A stretch of DNA of 59,105 bases from an uncultured bacterium (GCA_964535215.1 CAZHST010000014.1:13297-72401), one strand, 5' to 3'; positions 1 through 9,721 are shown, counted from the first letter of the stretch. Made by a program: numbers and translations. Notes: a model not told the origin generated them from the sequence alone.

Positions 1-50
1 GGAGGTTTGTCGAGGCTGTTCGGTGAAACAGGGTCCAGGGGAGGTTCAAG

Positions 51-2180
51 ATGTCCCGTACCCTAAGGCGAATCGCCCCCAGGGGGAAGCGAAGGGGCGG
101 TGAGCTGAAGCGGGCCCTTGTCCTCGGCTCTGGGACAGCCTTCCTGGTCCTTGCCCAGGTCTTTGGCCTCTTTGAGACCCTGGAGCTGAAAAGCCTTGAC
201 GTCCGTTTTATATTTAGGGGGCCCAGGCAGCCTCGTTCTCCGATCCTCCTTGTCACCATTGACGAGGACTCCTTCGATGAGCTGGGCCAGGCCTGGCCCT
301 GGCCCCGGGATCTCCATGCCCGTCTCCTGGATCGGATCAGCGAGGGAAGACCGAAGGTCATCGGCCTGGACCTCCTCTTCGACGAGACCAAGGGGGAGGC
401 TGAGGATCGGGCCTTGACCCGGGCTGTCAAGCGGGCCGGAAACGTCGTCCTGGCCGGGATCTTCACGCAGGTTCAAGGCCCGTATGCGGTGAAGGAAGCC
501 TTCAAGGGCCCGTTCCCGGAGCTCCGGGAGGCGGCGGCAGGCATCGGCTTCGTGAACATTGACCTGGATCGGGATGCCCTGGTCCGGCGGGTTTCTCTGG
601 CCAGGACCTACCAGGATCGGCTCTACGGAAGCTTTGCTTGGCAGCTTGCTACTTTGATCGGGGATCGGCCCCCCGGACCTCCCCCCCATCGGCCGGTCCT
701 CATCAACTTCCGGGGCCCGGCCGGGACCTTCGAGACCATCCCCTACTACATCGTCTTGCGCGGGGAGGTGGATTCTTCCCGCTTCAAGGACAGGATCGTC
801 CTGATCGGGGCGGCCGCCCCTATCCTCCAGGACCTGCACCCGACCCCTTTCTCCCTCCAGCACCGGATGCCGGGGGTCGAGGTCCAGGCCAACCTCCTGG
901 ATACCCTCCTTCAAGGGGACCCCATCGTCGAGACACCCCTGGGGCTTCAGCTCCTGATCCTGGTGGTGTTGGTCATGATGGCCTCGTTCACCACCATCCG
1001 CTTCCGCCCCCTCCTTGCCTTCTTCTCCTCCCTTGTCCTGGTCCTTATCTATTCTGGAGCGACCTTCTACGCCTTTACCAGATATGATCTCTGGCTCCCC
1101 CTGGTCCCCCCCCTGGGGGGGATCGGCCTTGCCTTCGCGGGCCTCACCGTCGTCCGGTACATTGAGGAGGAGCGGGAGAAGCGGAGGCTCTCGCGCTACT
1201 TCTCCCCCCAGGTGGTGGAGGCGATCCTCCGGGAGGGGAAGGACGAGGCCTTGGCCAGCCGCCGGCGAGAGGTCACGGTCCTCTTCGCCGATATCCGTGA
1301 TTTCACCACCATCTCCGAGAAGCTGGCCCCCGAGGAGGTGGTGACCCTCCTCCGGGAGTACCTGACCGCCATGACGGAGATCGTCTTGAGGTATGATGGA
1401 ACCCTGGACAAGTATGTGGGGGACGCCATCATGGCCCTGTTCGGCGCCCCCTTCAGCCACGGCGATGATGCGGTCCGGGCGGTCCGGGCGGCCCTGGAGA
1501 TGCAGGAGCGGGCCCTGGCCCTCTCCCCCTCCTGGGAGGCCCGCTGCGACCGCCCTCTACGGATCGGGGTCGGGATCAACACAGGCGAGGCGGTGGTGGG
1601 GACCATCGGCTCCAAGCAGCGGTTAGAGTACACGGCCGTCGGGGACCCGGTGAACCTGGCCTCGCGGCTGGAAGGGATCACGAAGGAGTTTCAGGCCTCC
1701 ATCGTGATCAGCCAGACGACTTACGAGGCGGTCCAGGGACTCTTCCCCACCCGGTTGCTGGGGGAGATCAGGGTGAAGGGACGGGAGGCCCCCGTCAAGG
1801 TCTACACCGTGGAAAAGCCGGAGAAGCGGAAGGCCCCGAGGGTTGCCGTTGAGCTCCCGATCCTGTTTGAAGGGGGGGAGATCTCCTGGTATGGCTCCGT
1901 GAAAACCCTCAGCAAGGGTGGGGTTTGTGTGCGGAGCCCCAAGCCCTTGACCCTCCAGCAGGAGATCACCCTCCGCTTCAACCTGCCCCGCATCCCTCGG
2001 ACCTTCTCCGTCCGCGGGAGGGTGGTCTGGAGCCGGGAGGAGGAGGCAGGGATCGAATTCCTCGACCTGATGGCCGAGGAGGTGGAGGCCCTTGCGGAGT
2101 TCGTGAAGGGGCAGGGGGCGGGAAAGGCCAACCCTAAGATGCCCCTCACCCCGGGGCCCTTGAACCCGGAGCGCCCATGA
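51..2180 (+). CDS. CHASE2 sensor domain – transmembrane – class III adenylate/guanylate cyclase – C-terminal PilZ domain protein
   Basis: 709 aa ORF. The N-terminal region (LVTIDEDSFDELGQAWPWPRD) is typical of periplasmic CHASE2. Hydrophobic helices follow, then VTVLFADIRDFTTISE...YVGDAIMALFGAP, which is the class III cyclase catalytic core. The C-terminus has RKAPR (RxxxR) and TLSKGG (D/NxSxxG), the PilZ c-di-GMP binding signature. Confidence 0.8.
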   Translation: MSRTLRRIAPRGKRRGGELKRALVLGSGTAFLVLAQVFGLFETLELKSLDVRFIFRGPRQPRSPILLVTIDEDSFDELGQAWPWPRDLHARLLDRISEGRPKVIGLDLLFDETKGEAEDRALTRAVKRAGNVVLAGIFTQVQGPYAVKEAFKGPFPELREAAAGIGFVNIDLDRDALVRRVSLARTYQDRLYGSFAWQLATLIGDRPPGPPPHRPVLINFRGPAGTFETIPYYIVLRGEVDSSRFKDRIVLIGAAAPILQDLHPTPFSLQHRMPGVEVQANLLDTLLQGDPIVETPLGLQLLILVVLVMMASFTTIRFRPLLAFFSSLVLVLIYSGATFYAFTRYDLWLPLVPPLGGIGLAFAGLTVVRYIEEEREKRRLSRYFSPQVVEAILREGKDEALASRRREVTVLFADIRDFTTISEKLAPEEVVTLLREYLTAMTEIVLRYDGTLDKYVGDAIMALFGAPFSHGDDAVRAVRAALEMQERALALSPSWEARCDRPLRIGVGINTGEAVVGTIGSKQRLEYTAVGDPVNLASRLEGITKEFQASIVISQTTYEAVQGLFPTRLLGEIRVKGREAPVKVYTVEKPEKRKAPRVAVELPILFEGGEISWYGSVKTLSKGGVCVRSPKPLTLQQEITLRFNLPRIPRTFSVRGRVVWSREEEAGIEFLDLMAEEVEALAEFVKGQGAGKANPKMPLTPGPLNPERP

Positions 2181-3790
2181 TGACCAGGATGCTGTTCCCC
2201 CTCTTGGGAGGGATCGCCCTCTTCCTGTACGGGCTTCGGTTGGCCGGCGAGGGGTTCCAACGGACCGCCGCCGGGAGGCTCCGCCACCTCCTGTCCGCGA
2301 TCACCCGGAACCGGTTGATGGCGGCGGGGATGGGGGTGCTGATCACCCTGGTCCTCCAGTCCTCAGGGGCGATGGTGGGGATGCTGGTCCGATTTGCCGG
2401 ATCAGGGCTCCTCCAGCTCCCCCAGGCGATGGGGGTCATCCTGGGGGCGGATATCGGCACCACCTTGACCGTCCAGCTCATCGCCTTCCGGTTCTTCGAC
2501 CTTTCCTTTCTCTTCATCGGCTTCGGCTTCTTTACCATCTACCTGGCCAAGCGGCGGCGGTTCGCCGACCTCGGCCAGGGCCTCCTGGGCTTCGGGTTGC
2601 TCTTCTTGGGGATGAAGGTCATGGTGGAAGCCCTGGAACCTTTCAAGGGGGGCGGGCTTTTCCAGGAGGTGCTCCTTTCCCTGGGGGAGCAGCCTTTTCT
2701 GGTCATCCTCCTTTCGGCCATCTTCACAGGCCTTGTCGCCAGCTCGGCCGCGACCATTGGCTTCGCCCTGACCCTGGCCCATCAGGGGCTCCTCCCGCTT
2801 TCCGTCGCCATCCCCTGGATCTTTGGGGCAAACATCGGCACCTGCACCAGCTCGTTGGCCGCCAGCATGGGGGGAGGCACCGAGGCCAAGCGGGTGGCCG
2901 TTGCCCATATCCTCTTCAAGGTCCTGGGTGTCCTCCTTTTCCTCCCTTTGACCCACCCCTTTGCCCGGTTCGTCGGGATGACCGCCACCGACCCGGCCCG
3001 GCAGGTCGCCAATGCCCACACCCTGTTTAATGTCCTGATTGCTGTCCTGTTCCTGCCCTTTATCGGCTTGGGGGCAAAGGTGATCGCCAGGCTCGTCCCG
3101 GAGGAGCGGAGGGCCGAGGATCCGTTCAAACCCCGGTACCTGGACGAGCATCTCCTTGAGGCCCCGGCCCTGGCCCTGGCCCAGGCCACCCGGGAGGCCC
3201 TCCGGATCGCCGATATCGTCTCCGAGATGCTCCACCGAACCGGCGAGGCCCTCTTCCAGGACGACCAGGAGCTGATCGAGGCCATCGAGCGGAAGGATGA
3301 TCAGGTGGATGCCCTGGAGCGGGAGGTGAAGCGGTACCTCACCAAGCTCTCCCAGCAGTTGTTGACCGACGAGCAGTCCAGGAGGGAGGTGGCCATCCTC
3401 GCCTTTGTCAATGACCTGGAGAACATCGGGGATATCGTGGAGCGGAACCTGATGGAGCTGGCGAAGAAGCGGCTGTCCCAGGGGGCCACGTTCTCCGAGG
3501 AGGGGGTGAAGGAGCTCCGGGCGCTCCATGCCAAGGTTTGCCAGAACCTGGAGACGGCCATCTCGGCCTTCGCCAGCCACGACCCCTTCCTGGCCCAGAA
3601 GGTGCTGGACCGGCGCTCGGAGATTGGCCAGATGGAGCGAAGCTTCCGCCAATCCCACATCCAGCGCCTCCACGAGGGGCTGCCGGAGTCTATCGAGACC
3701 AGCGAGATCCACCTGGACATCCTGACGAACCTGAAGCGGATCAACTCCCACGTGAGCGCCATCGCCCACTCGATCCTGGAGGCCCTCTGA
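2177..3790 (+). CDS. Na+/phosphate cotransporter family protein (NptA-like) with C-terminal PhoU-like domain
   Basis: 537 aa polytopic membrane protein with the duplicated Na/Pi cotransporter repeat (GADIGTTLT.. / GANIGTCTSS) followed by a soluble helical PhoU-like tail. ATGA overlap with the upstream gene. Confidence 0.8.
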   Translation: MMTRMLFPLLGGIALFLYGLRLAGEGFQRTAAGRLRHLLSAITRNRLMAAGMGVLITLVLQSSGAMVGMLVRFAGSGLLQLPQAMGVILGADIGTTLTVQLIAFRFFDLSFLFIGFGFFTIYLAKRRRFADLGQGLLGFGLLFLGMKVMVEALEPFKGGGLFQEVLLSLGEQPFLVILLSAIFTGLVASSAATIGFALTLAHQGLLPLSVAIPWIFGANIGTCTSSLAASMGGGTEAKRVAVAHILFKVLGVLLFLPLTHPFARFVGMTATDPARQVANAHTLFNVLIAVLFLPFIGLGAKVIARLVPEERRAEDPFKPRYLDEHLLEAPALALAQATREALRIADIVSEMLHRTGEALFQDDQELIEAIERKDDQVDALEREVKRYLTKLSQQLLTDEQSRREVAILAFVNDLENIGDIVERNLMELAKKRLSQGATFSEEGVKELRALHAKVCQNLETAISAFASHDPFLAQKVLDRRSEIGQMERSFRQSHIQRLHEGLPESIETSEIHLDILTNLKRINSHVSAIAHSILEAL

Positions 3791-4647
3791 TGGGGCAGAA
3801 CCAGCACATCTTTGTCGTCTCCGATGCCACAGGGCAGACGGCCGAGATGGTCCTTCAGGCGGCCCTCGTCCAGTTCCAGGGAGCGAAGGTGGAGATCCAC
3901 CGCCTGGGCCAGATCAGGACCCGGGAGCAGATCGCGGAGGTGGTAAGGGAGGCGGCCAGGGTGAAAGGGTTCATCGTGCACACCTTCGTGTCGGAGGAGC
4001 TTCGCCAGGTGATCCTCTCCGAGGGGATGCGCTGGGATGTGGCCACCATTGACCTCTTGGGCCCCCTCCTCTTCCGGTTGGAGGATCTCCTGAAGGTGCC
4101 TCCGTTGGCCAAGCCAGGCCTCTTCCGCCAACTGCAAGAGGACTACCACCGGAGGATCGAGGTCTTAGAGTTCGCCGTGAAGCACGATGACGGGCAGAAC
4201 GTCAAGGACCTGGTCCAGGCGGACATTGTCCTGATCGGCGTCTCCCGCACCTCCAAGACCCCGTTGAGCATCTACCTGGCCGGCAGGGGGTGGAAGGTGG
4301 CCAACATCCCCGTGATCTTGCGAATGCCCCTCCCCGAGGAGGTGTTGAGGATCGAGCAGCAGAAGATCGTGGGCTTGACCATCAAGGCGGAGCGGCTCCT
4401 GGAGCTTCGGAGGGCCAGGCTGGCCCGGATGGAGGCGGGCCTGGACTTGGCCTACGCTGACCCGGAACAGATCAGGGAGGAGCTGGATTACAGCCGATCC
4501 CTCTTCCGGCGGTTCGGCTGGCCGGTCATTGACGTGACGAATAAGGCCATCGAGGAGACGGCCTCCGAGATCCTCGCCATGAGGCAGCGGGAGGGTGAAG
4601 GCCGGAGGCCGATTGGGAGGACGAGACGTCCCATCAGCTCCGAGTAG
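3790..4647 (+). CDS. PEP synthetase / pyruvate phosphate dikinase regulatory protein (PSRP, DUF299 kinase/pyrophosphorylase)
   Basis: MGQNQHIFVVSDATGQTAE N-terminus and P-loop IGVSRTSKTPLSIYLA are characteristic of the PSRP family. The ATG overlaps the stop of the upstream gene (TGATGG). Confidence 0.75.
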   Translation: MGQNQHIFVVSDATGQTAEMVLQAALVQFQGAKVEIHRLGQIRTREQIAEVVREAARVKGFIVHTFVSEELRQVILSEGMRWDVATIDLLGPLLFRLEDLLKVPPLAKPGLFRQLQEDYHRRIEVLEFAVKHDDGQNVKDLVQADIVLIGVSRTSKTPLSIYLAGRGWKVANIPVILRMPLPEEVLRIEQQKIVGLTIKAERLLELRRARLARMEAGLDLAYADPEQIREELDYSRSLFRRFGWPVIDVTNKAIEETASEILAMRQREGEGRRPIGRTRRPISSE

Positions 4648-4661
4648 AGGAGGACGCGTCT

Positions 4662-5537
4662 ATGCGGGAACGATTCGCGGAGATCAGCATCCAGAACCGG
4701 TTCGGGGGGATCTCGCGGGCGGCGAAGACCGGCCTGCTCCTGGCGGCCCTGGTCGGGCTCCTTCTCAGCCTGAGCCCGGTGGCGCTCATCCCGGCCGGGC
4801 ATCGGGGGGTGGTCTTCAACCGGATCACCGGGGTTCAGCCTTCCATCCTGCCCGAAGGGCTGAACTTCCGGATCCCCCTGGTCCAGCAGGTCATCCCCGT
4901 GGACGTCCGGGCCCAGAAGCACGAGGGGACGTACGATGCGGCGTCCAAGGACCTCCAGGCGGTCCGGGTCCACGCGATCCTGAACTACCGCCTGGTGGCG
5001 GACCGGGTGAACGAGGTGTACCAGAAGATCGGGCTGGACTATGCCAGGAAGATCCTGGACCCGGCCACCCAGGAGGTCATCAAGGCCAACACCGCCCTGC
5101 ACAACGCCGGGGAGATCCTGGCGAAGCGGCCGCTGATCAAAGACGAGATCAAGCAGGATCTGACCCGCTGGCTCAAGGCGTACAACATCGAGCTCCTGGA
5201 GGTCTCGCTGGCCGACATCCGCTTCAGCCAGGAGTATGAGCGCGCCATCGAGCAGAAGCAGGTGGCCGAGCAGCGGGCGGAGCAGAAGCGCTACGAGCTG
5301 CTCCAGGCCCAGCGGCAGGCGGAGATTGAGGTGGCCCAGGCGGAAGGGCACGCCAGGGCCTTGAGGGTCAAGGCTGATGCGGAGGCCTACTATAACGAGA
5401 AGGTGACCCGCTCCCTGACCCCCTTGCTGGTCCAGCAGCGGTTCCTGGAGAAGTGGGAGGGGAAGCTGCCCCAGATCATGGGGGGAAACAGTGTGGTGCC
5501 GTTCATCAACCTCCCCCTCCCCGGGCAGGGGCGCTGA
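4662..5537 (+). CDS. SPFH/band-7 (prohibitin/HflC-like) membrane protein
   Basis: N-terminal TM anchor, SPFH core (GHRGVVFNRITG...), and a long C-terminal coiled coil rich in AEQ/EQR. Confidence 0.8.
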   Translation: MRERFAEISIQNRFGGISRAAKTGLLLAALVGLLLSLSPVALIPAGHRGVVFNRITGVQPSILPEGLNFRIPLVQQVIPVDVRAQKHEGTYDAASKDLQAVRVHAILNYRLVADRVNEVYQKIGLDYARKILDPATQEVIKANTALHNAGEILAKRPLIKDEIKQDLTRWLKAYNIELLEVSLADIRFSQEYERAIEQKQVAEQRAEQKRYELLQAQRQAEIEVAQAEGHARALRVKADAEAYYNEKVTRSLTPLLVQQRFLEKWEGKLPQIMGGNSVVPFINLPLPGQGR

Positions 5538-5608
5538 GGCTGGGGGGCAGGAGAGGCTTGACGAAAGGGGGCAGAGTGTATTAGAAGGGTACCGCTGAGG
5601 AGGATGGG

Positions 5609-6430
5609 GTGAAAGGGAGCCGTCGGTCCCGAGAACCTGTCCCCCCAAGGGATGACCTCATCGTAGTTCAAGAAGGGACAGGCTACGCCACGATCCTCTT
5701 CAACCGCCCGGAGGTGATGAACGCGATCACCGCCAGGATGTGGGAAGAGCTTTCCCGGGTGGTGAAGGATCTGGGAGCGGAGCCTTCAGTCCACGTCCTT
5801 ATCTTCTGCGGGGTTGGAGGGAAGGCCTTTGCCGCCGGTGCCGATATCTCCGAGCTTTTGACCTTCGCCACTTCTGGGAAGGCCCCGGTCTATTATCACC
5901 TCCTGGAGGAGGCCTTGGAGGCGATTGCCTCCTGTCCCCTCCCGACCATCGCCATGATTGATGGGTACGCCTTGGGGGGAGGGTTCGAGGTGGCCCTCGC
6001 CTGTGATCTGAGGGTGGCCTCCACCCGGTCAAGGCTCGGGATCCCGGCCGCCAAACTCGGGGCGGCGGTGGATCCGGGGAGCCTCCTTCGGCTGATGAGC
6101 CTGGTCGGGCCCGGCCACGCCAAGGAGCTTCTCTTCACGGGGAGGCCCATTGAGGCCACCAGGGCCTTCGAGATCGGCCTGGTCAACCACGTCGTGCCGC
6201 CCGAGGCCCTGGAAAGGACCGTCTTGGAGATCACCGAGGCGATCGCCCGAAATGCCCCTCGGACGGTGAAGACCTTGAAGGGACTCCTCTCGAAGCTCGC
6301 GGGTCCGTTCACTTCGGGACTTCGGCGGGAAGCCAAGGCCTTTTTCATCACCTGTTTCGAGTCGCTTGACTTCCGGGAAGGCGTGGAGGCCTTCCTGGAG
6401 AAGCGCCCCCCCCGGTTCACAGGGCGCTGA
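5609..6430 (+). CDS. enoyl-CoA hydratase/isomerase family protein
   Basis: Crotonase fold motifs: ILFNRPEVMNAIT, FCGVGGKAFAAGADI, GYALGGGFEVALACDLRVA. Confidence 0.8.
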   Translation: MKGSRRSREPVPPRDDLIVVQEGTGYATILFNRPEVMNAITARMWEELSRVVKDLGAEPSVHVLIFCGVGGKAFAAGADISELLTFATSGKAPVYYHLLEEALEAIASCPLPTIAMIDGYALGGGFEVALACDLRVASTRSRLGIPAAKLGAAVDPGSLLRLMSLVGPGHAKELLFTGRPIEATRAFEIGLVNHVVPPEALERTVLEITEAIARNAPRTVKTLKGLLSKLAGPFTSGLRREAKAFFITCFESLDFREGVEAFLEKRPPRFTGR

Positions 6431-6447
6431 GGCACCATTCGTAGGAG

Positions 6448-7527
6448 GTGGTAAGGGTAGCTCCCCAGGTTGGGTTCTGGAAAGGAGGGGGAAGAGTGGA
6501 CCGGATCAGATACCTTGTCTTGCGTGAACTGTCTACGGGCCCGAAGAGCTACTGGCAGCTCCTGGCCCAGGGTGGAGTTCATCCTCCCTCCCTGATCCGG
6601 CTCATCCAGGAGCTTCAAGAGGAAGGGGTTGTCTCCGGCGATGCTTTGGCCTTTACCTTGACGGACAAAGGGGAGGAGCTTGTCAAGGGCTTTGGCCCCT
6701 ATGGGCGGCTCTCCGGTCTTTGCCCCCGATGCCGGGGGAGGACCTTGGTGGTCCCCCCCGCCTTTGAGGGGGTGCTGGAACAATTGACCAGGATTGCCAA
6801 GGAGAGGCCCCCGGCCTCCCCGGAGTTCGATCAGGGATCCATCCCCCCGGAGAATTCTGTCCTGCGGGTGGTGGCCTTGTACGAGCGGGGGGATCTGGAG
6901 GGGAAGGATCTCCTCGTCTTGGGGGATGATGATCTCACCTCGGTGGCTGCGGCCTTAACGGGTCTTCCCCGCCGGATCCAGGTCCTGGAGGCCGACCCCC
7001 GCCTCGTCGAGTTTTTGAACACCCTCGCCCAACGGTACTGGTGGAAAGACTTTCGGGTGGCCCGCTACGACGTCCGGTGGCCTCTCCCCCTGGAGTACCG
7101 CCGCTCCTTTGATACCTTCTTCACCGACCCTACCGAGACCCTCCCAGGCTTCAGCCTCTTCCTCTCCCGAACGGCGGCGTGTCTTCGGGGGAAAGGGTCT
7201 GCGGGCTACTTCGGGTTGAGTTATCTGGAGGCCTCTTTGGAGAAGTGGCAGGAGATTCAGCGGAGGCTGCTCTCCATGAACTTTGTCATCACCGATGCCC
7301 TTCGGGGGTTCCACGAGTACGCCCTTGATCCCCAGACGATCATGGCCGGAAACTACCGCGTGGTGACGGAATGTCCCTTCCCGGTGGGAAGGCCGGACTT
7401 GAACTGGTACACCTCGACCCTCTTCAGGCTGGAGCTGCTCGGAGACCCCAGACCCTCCGTTGAGGAAGCCGTTTCCCTCGGGCGGGACCTCTACTACGAC
7501 GAGGAGGCCTACGTCACCTTGGCATGA
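6448..7527 (+). CDS. BpsA-like (DUF43) putative aminopropyltransferase / branched-chain polyamine synthase family protein
   Basis: N-terminal wHTH-like region plus a C-terminal Rossmann-like domain with LLVLGDDDLTSVAAAL, resembling the DUF43/BpsA family. Assignment is from memory of family motifs, not a search. Confidence 0.45.
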   Translation: MVRVAPQVGFWKGGGRVDRIRYLVLRELSTGPKSYWQLLAQGGVHPPSLIRLIQELQEEGVVSGDALAFTLTDKGEELVKGFGPYGRLSGLCPRCRGRTLVVPPAFEGVLEQLTRIAKERPPASPEFDQGSIPPENSVLRVVALYERGDLEGKDLLVLGDDDLTSVAAALTGLPRRIQVLEADPRLVEFLNTLAQRYWWKDFRVARYDVRWPLPLEYRRSFDTFFTDPTETLPGFSLFLSRTAACLRGKGSAGYFGLSYLEASLEKWQEIQRRLLSMNFVITDALRGFHEYALDPQTIMAGNYRVVTECPFPVGRPDLNWYTSTLFRLELLGDPRPSVEEAVSLGRDLYYDEEAYVTLA

Positions 7528-8285
7528 AAAGGTTCCCCCCCATCCTGAACGCTGGGTTCTGCATAATCCTCGCCCTGGCCCCGGATGCCTGGGGAGAAAA
7601 GGGCCTCTACCACATTGTCGAACCGGGTCAGAACCTCTTTCGGATCAGCCAGGCCTACCAGGTGCCCTTGAAGGTCCTGATGGAGAGAAACCGGCTGACC
7701 TCTTCTCACCTTTCCATCGGGCAGCGGCTGTTCATCCCAGGAGCCCAGGCCCGTATGAAAGTCGAACCCTTTAAGCCCCTTTCCTCAAGGGAGCGGGCTG
7801 CCCTCGAGGGTTCTCTCCGGGAGGAGAGATCTTCCCTGGCTCCTCTCCCAGGGAAGTCTGGGGATCGTCAACCTCCCCCTGACCTGATCTGGCCGCTCAT
7901 CGGGCCCATCAATTCCCCCTTCGGTCCAAGGGGGGGAAGGCTCCATGCCGGGCTGGATATCGGTTCCCCCTTCTACCAGGAGGTCCTCTCGGCGGCCGAT
8001 GGGGAGGTCATCTTTGCGGGGAACACGAACAACGGATTGGGAAGGGCGGTCCTGATCCGACACGGTGGGGAGGTGATCACCGTCTACGGCCATCTGTCCA
8101 TTATCATCGCCCGGGAAGGGGAGGCGGTGAAGCAGGGGCAGGCCATCGGAGGGGTAGGGAGCACAGGGAATGCCACCGGTCCCCACCTCCACTTCGAGGT
8201 CCGCCGTCATGGCCGGCCTGTCGACCCCATGCCCTTCCTGCCTCCCACCCTGGACGATCTGGTGGAAAAGCTCATCCGTCCCTAG
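7524..8285 (+). CDS. LysM domain-containing M23 family peptidase (secreted)
   Basis: Signal peptide, LysM (YHIVEPGQNLFRISQAY), M23 motifs (HAGLDIG...; TGNATGPHLHFEVR). Confidence 0.8.
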   Translation: MKRFPPILNAGFCIILALAPDAWGEKGLYHIVEPGQNLFRISQAYQVPLKVLMERNRLTSSHLSIGQRLFIPGAQARMKVEPFKPLSSRERAALEGSLREERSSLAPLPGKSGDRQPPPDLIWPLIGPINSPFGPRGGRLHAGLDIGSPFYQEVLSAADGEVIFAGNTNNGLGRAVLIRHGGEVITVYGHLSIIIAREGEAVKQGQAIGGVGSTGNATGPHLHFEVRRHGRPVDPMPFLPPTLDDLVEKLIRP

Positions 8286-8319
8286 AGGGGGCTGGTCGCC
8301 GGTGGCTGATCGTCCTGGT

Positions 8320-9414
8320 TCATCGGCCGGTTTCACCCCACGAGGGTTTGGTCAGGGCTTCGGCGACCAGGTCCCCCATCCTCTTGGTGCCTACCGGCGT
8401 CGTGCCTGGCTGGACCAGGTCTCCCGTCCGATAGCCCTGGTGGAGGACGTCTTCCACGGCCCTTTCCACGGCCAGGGCGGCCTCCTCGTGATTGAGCGAG
8501 TACCTGAGCAGCATGGCCGCCGAGAGGATGGCCGCCAGCGGGTTTGCCAGATCCCTGCCGGCGATGTCCGGGGCACTCCCGTGGACCGGTTCGTAGAGTC
8601 CCGGTCCGGTCCCCAGGCTTGCCGAGGGGAGGAGACCGATGGAGCCCACAATCATGGCCGCCTCGTCGCTTAACAGGTCCCCGAAGAGGTTGTCCGCCAG
8701 GATGACATCGAAGGGCTTAGGATCCCTGACAAGTTGCATGGCACAGTTGTCCGCGTACATGTGTTCGAGGGTCACCCCAGGGTAGCCCTCACCGACCTCC
8801 CGGACGACCCCCCGCCACAGCTCCGAGGTGGCCATCACGTTGGCCTTGTCCACGGAGGTGACCTTGCGCCTTCGTCTCAAGGCTGCCTGGAAGGCGACCT
8901 CAGCGATCCGTTTCACCTCGTGGGTCGTGTAGATGCAGGTATCCACCGCCCGCTCCCCTTCCCGGGTCTTCTCGATGCCTTTAGGCTCTCCGTAGTAGAT
9001 CCCCCCGGTCAGCTCCCTGACCACCAGGAGATCTGCCCCTTCCACCACTTCTCGTTTTAAGGGGGAAGCGTCAATCAGGGCGGGAAAGACCTTGGCCGGG
9101 CGGAGGTTGGCGTAGAGGCCCAGTTCTCGACGGAGGTTTAAGAGGCCTCGCTCAGGCCGGATGGGCGTTGAAAGGCCGTCCCATTTCGGTCCCCCAACAG
9201 CCCCAAAGAGGATGGCGTCTGATCCCTTGCAGAGGGTCAAGGTCTCCTCGGGAAGGGGGGAGCCTGTTGCGTCAATGGCCGATCCTCCCAAGAGACCCTC
9301 TTGGAACGTTAAAGACAGGTCAAAACGTTCGGCGGCGACCTTCAGCACCTTTACGGCCTCCTGGATGACCTCGGGGCCGATGCCGTCGCCGGGCAAGACC
9401 GCGATCTTGGGCAT
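8320..9414 (-). CDS. leuB: 3-isopropylmalate dehydrogenase
   Basis: [17 protein letters not shown]-terminus and full-length isocitrate/isopropylmalate dehydrogenase motifs. Confidence 0.9.
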   Translation of the reverse strand: MPKIAVLPGDGIGPEVIQEAVKVLKVAAERFDLSLTFQEGLLGGSAIDATGSPLPEETLTLCKGSDAILFGAVGGPKWDGLSTPIRPERGLLNLRRELGLYANLRPAKVFPALIDASPLKREVVEGADLLVVRELTGGIYYGEPKGIEKTREGERAVDTCIYTTHEVKRIAEVAFQAALRRRRKVTSVDKANVMATSELWRGVVREVGEGYPGVTLEHMYADNCAMQLVRDPKPFDVILADNLFGDLLSDEAAMIVGSIGLLPSASLGTGPGLYEPVHGSAPDIAGRDLANPLAAILSAAMLLRYSLNHEEAALAVERAVEDVLHQGYRTGDLVQPGTTPVGTKRMGDLVAEALTKPSWGETGR

Positions 9415-9429
9415 CCTTATTCTCCTGGT

Positions 9430-9721
9430 TCAAAAAAGCTAACTGTTGTTCACAGCAGCCGGCCTCCCCCTGACCAGGCGTTCGCCCCCTTTCCGGATAC
9501 TTGATTTGCCCCCGAGGGCAGGGCGACAGGGAGACCTTGGCCCGGGAGTCCCACCCGGACGGAAGTGCTGCGCCGGAAGGGCACACCCGGCACGGACCGC
9601 CAAGCCGCGGGGAAGCTTTAAGCTTCCGCCGAGCTGTGTGGGCCTTCCAGCGGGGAATTGCTCCCGCCTCCCGCGTCCTGTGAGGACGCCTACCGGTTTG
9701 TCCGACACCGGCGAAACGGGG
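9430..9721 (-). ncRNA. candidate TnpB-associated omega/right-end RNA region downstream of tnpB
   Basis: About 290 nt non-coding, GC-rich and structured (e.g. palindrome GGAAGCTTTAAGCTTCC at 9611-9627). It lies immediately 3' of tnpB on the same strand, where IS200/IS605/IS607 elements encode their guide RNA scaffold. This is positional inference only. Confidence 0.25.

Noticed and set aside
63-1460. Long antisense ORFs opposite real genes (e.g. 63-1460-, 2402-3769-, 4488-5648-, 5896-6783-, 16379-17236-, 41404-42894-, 52003-52989-)
   Set aside because: They have low-complexity, Pro/Gly/Arg-rich translations. They are typical shadow ORFs of GC-rich DNA, lying fully inside well-supported genes on the other strand.
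9611-9627. Perfect palindrome GGAAGCTTTAAGCTTCC as a possible transcription-factor operator for leuB
   Set aside because: It could equally be part of the IS right-end RNA structure. No second half-site or conserved operator pattern is recognisable. It is recorded under the ωRNA finding instead.
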